Notes under the pieces: generated by a model
The model's database searches: none
Seen by the model: only the letters and a program-made list of their open reading frames with translations
Told to the model about the DNA's origin: nothing
Part shown: one piece after another, positions 58,023-64,000 of the stretch
Layout of the letters: each line of letters begins with the position of its first letter
Numbering within the stretch: the stretch's first letter is position 1
Assembly: GCA_949879765.1 (NCBI GenBank)
Contig: CATLBQ010000004.1
Span: forward strand, 9,287-73,286
Reading direction: 5' to 3'
Source: an uncultured Bacilli bacterium
GTDB taxonomy: Bacteria; Bacillota_I; Bacilli_A; ML615J-28; CAG-313
Length of the DNA stretch: 64,000 nt
Made by a program: the position numbers and the translations under genes

Positions 58023-58793
58023 ATGGTATTACTTTTTGATATTGGCAATACAAATATCGTTTTGGGCATTTGTAAAGAAGGAAAAATTATGCAAACCTTT
58101 CGTTATGTTACCAATGCTTTATTGACTGAGGATGACTATTATCAAAAAATCAACATTTCTATTGCCCATCTTGTTCAAAGAGATTCAATTGAAGGATGCA
58201 TTGTTGCTTCTGTCGTGCCACAACTGGATTCGGTTTTTTTACGGATGATGGAAAGATATTATCATATTAAACCACTTTTTGTTGGTGCTGGATTAAAAAG
58301 TGGATTACAAATCAAATTAGAACATCCAAAGCAACTAGGTGCCGATTTACTTTGTGATTGTGTGGGCGCTTATTATAAATATGGTGGTCCCTCTATTGTC
58401 GTTGATATGGGTACAGCAACCAAATTATTGGTTGTTACTGAACACAAAGTATTTTTAGGAGGCATTATTTGTGCAGGAATCAAGGGTTCTATGGATAGTT
58501 TGGTCAATACCACTTCAAAATTATCTAGAACGGCTTTAGAAGTGCCTCCAAAAGTAGTGAATAATGAAACGTCTACCTCCATTCAAAGTGGTATTGTATA
58601 TGGTCATGTGGCTATGATTGAAGGGCTAGTCGAAAAAATCAAAGATGAACTAGATATTCAACATGCTCATGTAATATTAACTGGAGGATATGCGAGAATC
58701 ATAAAAGATGTTTTGAAAACAAAGGTAATTTATGACGAGAACGTTTTATTAGATGGTTTATATGCCATTTATCAAAAGAATATCAATCACTAA
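58023..58793 (+). CDS. coaX: Type III pantothenate kinase
   Basis: MVLLFDIGNTN N-terminus, ASKHA fold motifs (VVDMGTA…). Confidence 0.9.
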   Translation: MVLLFDIGNTNIVLGICKEGKIMQTFRYVTNALLTEDDYYQKINISIAHLVQRDSIEGCIVASVVPQLDSVFLRMMERYYHIKPLFVGAGLKSGLQIKLEHPKQLGADLLCDCVGAYYKYGGPSIVVDMGTATKLLVVTEHKVFLGGIICAGIKGSMDSLVNTTSKLSRTALEVPPKVVNNETSTSIQSGIVYGHVAMIEGLVEKIKDELDIQHAHVILTGGYARIIKDVLKTKVIYDENVLLDGLYAIYQKNINH

Positions 58794-58878
58794 TTAAACA
58801 CAATGACACCACTTGATAAAACCTTATTTTGTTTTTAATATTTTAGAAGGTATTTTCATATATAATAGTGGTGATAAT

Positions 58879-59295
58879 ATGAATAATGAAAATAATTTAG
58901 CAAGAAAGACGGTTCCTGAACCCCTTCTTTTTATTCACAGTGTTTCAACTCCTATTTTATCGAATGGTTCACAACGCTATTTTGATAGTAGAGATCCTGC
59001 CACTTCTAAAAATACAAAGACGTTGGCTGCTTCGTTTCATCGCAATTTGTCAGAGGAAAAAGAAATTACGACACATTCTGGAATGGATGAACTTTTATTT
59101 AAAAAAATTCAAAACATTGTTCAAATGTATGGAATGAACCACCCCATCCCTACTTTAATTGAAACCAAGCACAACGAATCATATGAAGGAATACCTTATC
59201 AAATTGAAAATGAAATACTGTATGTTAAACAAAATGAAACACATCTTGAAATTCCTCTTTCGGATATTCAAGATGCCATTATCTTAAAAATTTAG
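58879..59295 (+). CDS. hypothetical protein
   Basis: ORF with SD GGTGAT. No recognisable family. Confidence 0.3.
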   Translation: MNNENNLARKTVPEPLLFIHSVSTPILSNGSQRYFDSRDPATSKNTKTLAASFHRNLSEEKEITTHSGMDELLFKKIQNIVQMYGMNHPIPTLIETKHNESYEGIPYQIENEILYVKQNETHLEIPLSDIQDAIILKI

Positions 59296-59312
59296 TCCAA
59301 CAAGGAGATTCT

Positions 59313-60785
59313 ATGAGAGCCAGTGGTATTTTACTTCCTATATTCAGTTTACCTAGTCCTTATGGCATAGGAACACTTGGTAAAACTGCGTATCAATTTA
59401 TCGATTTCTTACATTTAGCCAAGCAAAAATATTGGCAAGTTTTACCCCTAGGCCCAACGAGTTATGGTGATTCTCCTTATCAAACGTTCAGTAGTTTTGC
59501 GGGAAATCCTTACTTTATTGATTTAGATGTATTAAAGGAAAAGGGGTATTTAGTAGAAGAAGACATTAATGCGTATAGAAATTTATCTTTGACTATTGAT
59601 TATGGTGATTTATACCACTGGCGTTTTCAAATCTTGAAGAAAGCCTTTGATCGTTTTCAGCCAAGTGAAGCGTATCTGCAATTTATTCAAGACAACGCTT
59701 TTTGGCTAGAGGATTATGCGTTATTTATGAGTTTAAAAGACACCTTTTCAGGTATTTCATGGCAAGATTGGCCACAAGAATACAAAATATATCAAGCAGA
59801 AATACTCAATACCTATGCATCTAATCATGGCGAATCCATCCAATTTTGGTATTTTATTCAATATCAATTCTTTACTCAATGGAAGCAACTCAAAGCATAT
59901 GCTCACCAAAAAGGAATTGAATTGATTGGTGATGTGCCGATTTATGTTGCATTAGACAGTGTAGATGTATGGGCGAATACCCAACAATTTATGTTAGATT
60001 CCAAGTTAAAACCCATTTGTGTAGCGGGGTGTCCACCGGATGCTTTTGCCAAAACAGGTCAACTTTGGGGGAATCCTTTGTATAATTATGCACGAATGAA
60101 ACAAGATGGATATGCATGGTGGATGAAACGAATGCAAGCAGCTTATCAATTATTTGATGTAATCCGGATTGATCATTTTAGGGGATTTGAGGCATTTTAT
60201 GCTATTCCAGGGGATGATTCTACCGCAGAACATGGCAAATGGATGAAAGGTCCAGGATTTTCCTTTTTCAAGGCACTTCGTCAAGCTCATCCACAGGCTA
60301 GGATTATTGCAGAAGACCTAGGGTTCTTAACCGATGCAGTATACCGATTGTTAGAAAAGACAGGTTATCCAGGGATGAAGGTATTAGAATTTGCTTTTCA
60401 ACCAGATGAGGATAGTCTTTATTTGCCCCATCACCATATCCAACATGCAGTAGTTTATACAGGAACACATGATAATCTACCTGTTCGGGGTTGGTTTCAG
60501 ACTTTAAATGAAGCAGAAAAACATATGGTAAGAGAATATCTTACGCTTTCAAGTGATGATAAGGTTTGTGATGCTATGGTAAGAGAAGCATTGAAAAGCG
60601 TATGTGATTTGGCTATCATTCCTATCCAAGATTATTTAGGACTTGATGCTTCTTCAAGAATCAATACGCCTTCAACCAAAGAAAAAAATTGGACTTGGCG
60701 TATTGATGAACATCATTTATCGAAAGCGTTAGCTGATTACATTGGTTTTTTAACGACATTGTATCGTAGAACTCCCATAGAATAA
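59313..60785 (+). CDS. malQ: 4-alpha-glucanotransferase (amylomaltase, GH77)
   Basis: N-terminal GILLPIFSLPSPYGIGTLG, catalytic region motifs (RIDHFRGF, EDLGF). Confidence 0.9.
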   Translation: MRASGILLPIFSLPSPYGIGTLGKTAYQFIDFLHLAKQKYWQVLPLGPTSYGDSPYQTFSSFAGNPYFIDLDVLKEKGYLVEEDINAYRNLSLTIDYGDLYHWRFQILKKAFDRFQPSEAYLQFIQDNAFWLEDYALFMSLKDTFSGISWQDWPQEYKIYQAEILNTYASNHGESIQFWYFIQYQFFTQWKQLKAYAHQKGIELIGDVPIYVALDSVDVWANTQQFMLDSKLKPICVAGCPPDAFAKTGQLWGNPLYNYARMKQDGYAWWMKRMQAAYQLFDVIRIDHFRGFEAFYAIPGDDSTAEHGKWMKGPGFSFFKALRQAHPQARIIAEDLGFLTDAVYRLLEKTGYPGMKVLEFAFQPDEDSLYLPHHHIQHAVVYTGTHDNLPVRGWFQTLNEAEKHMVREYLTLSSDDKVCDAMVREALKSVCDLAIIPIQDYLGLDASSRINTPSTKEKNWTWRIDEHHLSKALADYIGFLTTLYRRTPIE

Positions 60786-60795
60786 AATAAAGTAA

Positions 60796-60822
60796 AAAGC
60801 AAACAAGAAGTTTGCTTTTTTA
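60796..60822 (+). terminator. rho-independent terminator
   Basis: GCAAAC-aagaa-GTTTGC plus T6. Confidence 0.65.
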
Positions 60823-60867
60823 TCTCAAGTGGTGTATTGTAAAATAAAAAATAAGGAGAAGAAGACT

Positions 60868-62076
60868 ATGAATCAAAAGAGAAAAAGAATCATTGGAATA
60901 GTGGCACCATTACTTATAATGCTATTATGTTTTGGTATAATTTGCGTTTCTACAGCAGTCATTTATTCTCCGACCTATTTAGGTAGAGTATTGACGCACT
61001 GGGATTCTCGGGTAACAGATTATACTTATTTTCCAAGTAGACATATTCAAGCTAGTGACACGCCTTATATTTATGAAAGACAACTTGATGCTCAGTTCGC
61101 TAGTACTCCCATTAGATACCAAAAAGGAAAAAGAACATATCAATTAGCGTTATCTGATTTTATCAAAAAAACGGATACATTGGCCCTGATTATTGTTCGA
61201 AATGATCAAATTGTCTATGAGCAATATGCGAATGGTTCTAGTGCTGATTCTGTGCATACTTCATTTTCTATGTCTAAATCAGTTGTTTCACTATTGATAG
61301 GTAGGGCAATTGAAGAAGGATATATTCAAAGTATCCATCAACCGATTTCTGATTATATCAATGAATATCAAGGCCAACCTATTGGCGAAGTTACCATTGA
61401 AGAGTTATTATCTATGCGTTCTTGTATTACATATGAAAAGAAAGGCTTATGGTTTGGAGATGATTCACTGACGTATTGGCATCCTAACTTGCGAAAGTTA
61501 GCCCTTGAACATACAACGTTGACCAAACAATATGGAGGTCACTTTCATTACAACAATTATCATCCATTGTTGTTAGGTATTATTTTAGAAAGAAGTACAA
61601 AGAAGAGCGTATCTGCCTATTTTGAGGAAACCCTTTGGCAACCTATGGGTGCACAATATCCAGCTTCTTGGAGTTTGGATAGTGAGGCATCTGGCTTTGA
61701 AAAAATGGAGAGTGGAATTAATTTTCGGGCTATTGATTTTATTAAAATAGGAAGCATGGTGCTTCATGAAGGGAATTGGCATCAATCGCAAATCATCAAT
61801 AGTCAGTGGCTAAAGCAATCAACAACTTTAGCATATCCTTTTTTGGATGAAGAATATCGAAAGACGTTTCTCGAAAATCGGCAGATTACTTATCAATATA
61901 TGTGGTATAGTTATCCTACGCATGCAGAAGAAGCAGATATCCTTGCTTGGGGAAAGTCTGATCAAATATTATATATTTCACCACATCATCAAACAGTCAT
62001 TTTAAGAACAGGTCTATCGGATGGAGGTATTACAAACTGGGAAGAAATCTTACAAACGATAGCCAGTATGAGATAG
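60868..62076 (+). CDS. membrane-anchored serine hydrolase (beta-lactamase-related family)
   Basis: N-terminal TM. SMSK nucleophile motif in a beta-lactamase-fold core. Confidence 0.6.
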   Translation: MNQKRKRIIGIVAPLLIMLLCFGIICVSTAVIYSPTYLGRVLTHWDSRVTDYTYFPSRHIQASDTPYIYERQLDAQFASTPIRYQKGKRTYQLALSDFIKKTDTLALIIVRNDQIVYEQYANGSSADSVHTSFSMSKSVVSLLIGRAIEEGYIQSIHQPISDYINEYQGQPIGEVTIEELLSMRSCITYEKKGLWFGDDSLTYWHPNLRKLALEHTTLTKQYGGHFHYNNYHPLLLGIILERSTKKSVSAYFEETLWQPMGAQYPASWSLDSEASGFEKMESGINFRAIDFIKIGSMVLHEGNWHQSQIINSQWLKQSTTLAYPFLDEEYRKTFLENRQITYQYMWYSYPTHAEEADILAWGKSDQILYISPHHQTVILRTGLSDGGITNWEEILQTIASMR

Positions 62077-62194
62077 AAAATAACAATACAGTCATTTTTC
62101 TTTGATATATCATATAGAAAAGAAGGGTGCAATTCGGCTTATTTTTTTGGAAAAATATAGTATAATAAGAAAAGGCATGAAAAGAGGTGATGAG

Positions 62195-63919
62195 ATGTTT
62201 AAAAAGTTTTGTTCCTATTATAAACCACATATTCGATTGTTCTTATTGGATTTGTTATGTGCACTCCTTCTATCCTTGTGTAACTTGATTTATCCATTGA
62301 TTGCCCAATACATCATCCGGGATTTGGCAGGAAAAGAAAATATGATCACCCTCATTTGGGTATTGGGTGGTGCTTTACTGGGTATCTATATAATTAAAGC
62401 AGGTTTAAATTATATTATCCAATACTGGGGACATATTGTAGGCGTTCGAATTCAAGGAGACATGCGCAAAGAACTCTTTAGCCATTTACAATCCTTACCA
62501 TTTTCTTATTTTGATGAACATAAAACGGGTACCATTATGTCACGATTAATCAATGATTTAATGGATATTTCTGAGCTTGCCCATCACGGACCAGAAGATA
62601 TTTTTATTGCAACAATTACATTACTGGGTTCATTCGTATTAATGATTCTTAAAGTCCATCCTATTCTTACACTTATTGTCTTTTCTGTTGTTCCATTTAT
62701 TGTCCTTTATGCTATCCTCACACGTAAAGGTATGCGCAAAGCCTTTGCTAAAATGCGTGAAGAAACAGGCATCATCAATGCTCAAGTAGAAAGTAGTGTT
62801 TCAGGGATTCGAGTTTCAAAATCATATACAACTGAACGTTATGAAAAAGAAAAATTTGATGTATGTAACCAAAATTTTAAAAAAGCCCGTGCAGGAGCTT
62901 ATAAGCAAATGGGCATTTTTGGTTCTGGAATGACCTTTTTTACTGATTTTTTATATTTGGTGGCATTAATATCAGGAGGTATCTTTTACTCCAAACATTA
63001 TATTGATGAATCAGAGTTCACAGCACTTATTTTGTATATTAACAACATCATTATGCCTATACGAACGATTGTATCGATATTTGAGCAAATTCAAAGTGGG
63101 ATGACAGGGTTTGAGCGTTTTATGGAGGTTATTCGTACACCAATCGAAGAAGAGGATGAAAATCCTATTGTCTTAGATACCATTCAAAAAGGCATCGTTT
63201 TTCAAAATGTAAGTTTTAGTTATCAGTCCGATGAGGAACACTTTGTCTTATCTCATTTGTCATTAGTCATTCCAAAAGGACAAACCATCGCTTTGGTTGG
63301 ACCAAGTGGTGGTGGTAAAACAACCATTTGTCATTTGATTCCACGGTTTTATGAGATGAATGAGGGAGCTATTTTGATTGATGATATTGATATTCGAAAA
63401 TATTCAAGATATTCTTTACGCAAACAAATAGGGCTAGTTCAGCAAGACGTCTTTTTATTTGCGGGGAGCATTAAAGAAAATATTGCTATTGGCAATTTAG
63501 ATGCAACAGATGAAGAAATCATTGAGGCAAGCAAAAAAGCCAATATTTATGAATTCATTGCATCATTACCAGAGGGGTTCAATACGTATGTAGGAGAACG
63601 TGGTGTGAAATTATCAGGTGGTCAAAAACAGCGCATATCGATTGCTAGAGCCTTTTTGAAAAATCCACCTATTCTCATATTAGATGAAGCAACCAGTGCA
63701 TTAGACAATGTGACAGAAATGCAAATTCAACAAGCACTAGAACAACTGAGCGAAGGAAGAACAACTATTGTTGTTGCCCATCGGTTGTCGACTGTCAAAC
63801 ATGCAGATCATATTATTGTTATTGATAAAAATGGTATTCTTGAGCAAGGAAATCACGATGCGTTAATTCAGCAAAATGGTGTCTATGCAAATTTATATCA
63901 ATATCAGTTTAAAGAATAA
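62195..63919 (+). CDS. ABC transporter ATP-binding/permease protein (type I exporter)
   Basis: 6-TM domain plus NBD with Walker A GPSGGGKTT, signature LSGGQKQR, Walker B ILILDEATS. Confidence 0.9.
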   Translation: MFKKFCSYYKPHIRLFLLDLLCALLLSLCNLIYPLIAQYIIRDLAGKENMITLIWVLGGALLGIYIIKAGLNYIIQYWGHIVGVRIQGDMRKELFSHLQSLPFSYFDEHKTGTIMSRLINDLMDISELAHHGPEDIFIATITLLGSFVLMILKVHPILTLIVFSVVPFIVLYAILTRKGMRKAFAKMREETGIINAQVESSVSGIRVSKSYTTERYEKEKFDVCNQNFKKARAGAYKQMGIFGSGMTFFTDFLYLVALISGGIFYSKHYIDESEFTALILYINNIIMPIRTIVSIFEQIQSGMTGFERFMEVIRTPIEEEDENPIVLDTIQKGIVFQNVSFSYQSDEEHFVLSHLSLVIPKGQTIALVGPSGGGKTTICHLIPRFYEMNEGAILIDDIDIRKYSRYSLRKQIGLVQQDVFLFAGSIKENIAIGNLDATDEEIIEASKKANIYEFIASLPEGFNTYVGERGVKLSGGQKQRISIARAFLKNPPILILDEATSALDNVTEMQIQQALEQLSEGRTTIVVAHRLSTVKHADHIIVIDKNGILEQGNHDALIQQNGVYANLYQYQFKE

Positions 63920-63952
63920 AATTTGGTAAATACTATACATAGAGGTGAATTT

Positions 63953-64000
63953 ATGAAAAAAAATACAATAAAAGCTGTGCTATTCTTTATTGTGGCAGCC
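63953..64000 (+). CDS. start of second ABC exporter subunit (3'-truncated by window edge)
   Basis: ATG with SD. MKKNTIKAVLFFIVAA… hydrophobic start, typical heterodimeric partner position. Confidence 0.4.
   Translation, partial: MKKNTIKAVLFFIVAA

Noticed and set aside
1-64000. Scan for CRISPR arrays, tRNA/rRNA genes, transposases, integrases and phage genes
   Set aside because: No regularly spaced direct repeats, no cloverleaf-like tRNA candidates in intergenic regions, and no ORF with transposase/recombinase/phage signatures. The region appears to be core chromosome.

Overview
Low-GC (about 34 % GC) Firmicutes chromosome segment, gene-dense and plus-strand biased. I found no rRNA, tRNA, CRISPR array, transposase or integrase. 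Gene content points to a spore-forming Firmicute (inference): YjcZ-like tiny TM protein, YlbD/YlbE-like pair, dlt-type operon, comEA-comEC-holA-rpsT synteny. Backbone: uvrB(partial)-mnmA-recD2, rnj, def, rpsP-KH-[arsR-P1B ATPase]-rimM-trmD-[about 6 kb insert]-rplS, a MATE exporter, a Tyr T-box leader followed by tyrS and five further co-directional genes, tandem CNNM paralogs, a cadC-HMA-cadA operon, comEA/comEC, perR-rubrerythrin, a dlt-like four-gene cluster, coaX, malQ and ABC exporters. Observations worth a second look are spelled out under findings; the top-scored are the thioredoxin plus FTR-catalytic-subunit-like pair, the dlt-like cluster with non-canonical gene order, the metal-efflux operon spliced into the rpsP-rimM-trmD operon, an orphan promoter/terminator pair upstream of the MATE gene, and a cluster of small sporulation/coat-like genes. 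All calls are from reading the sequence and ORF translations; no database search was run.
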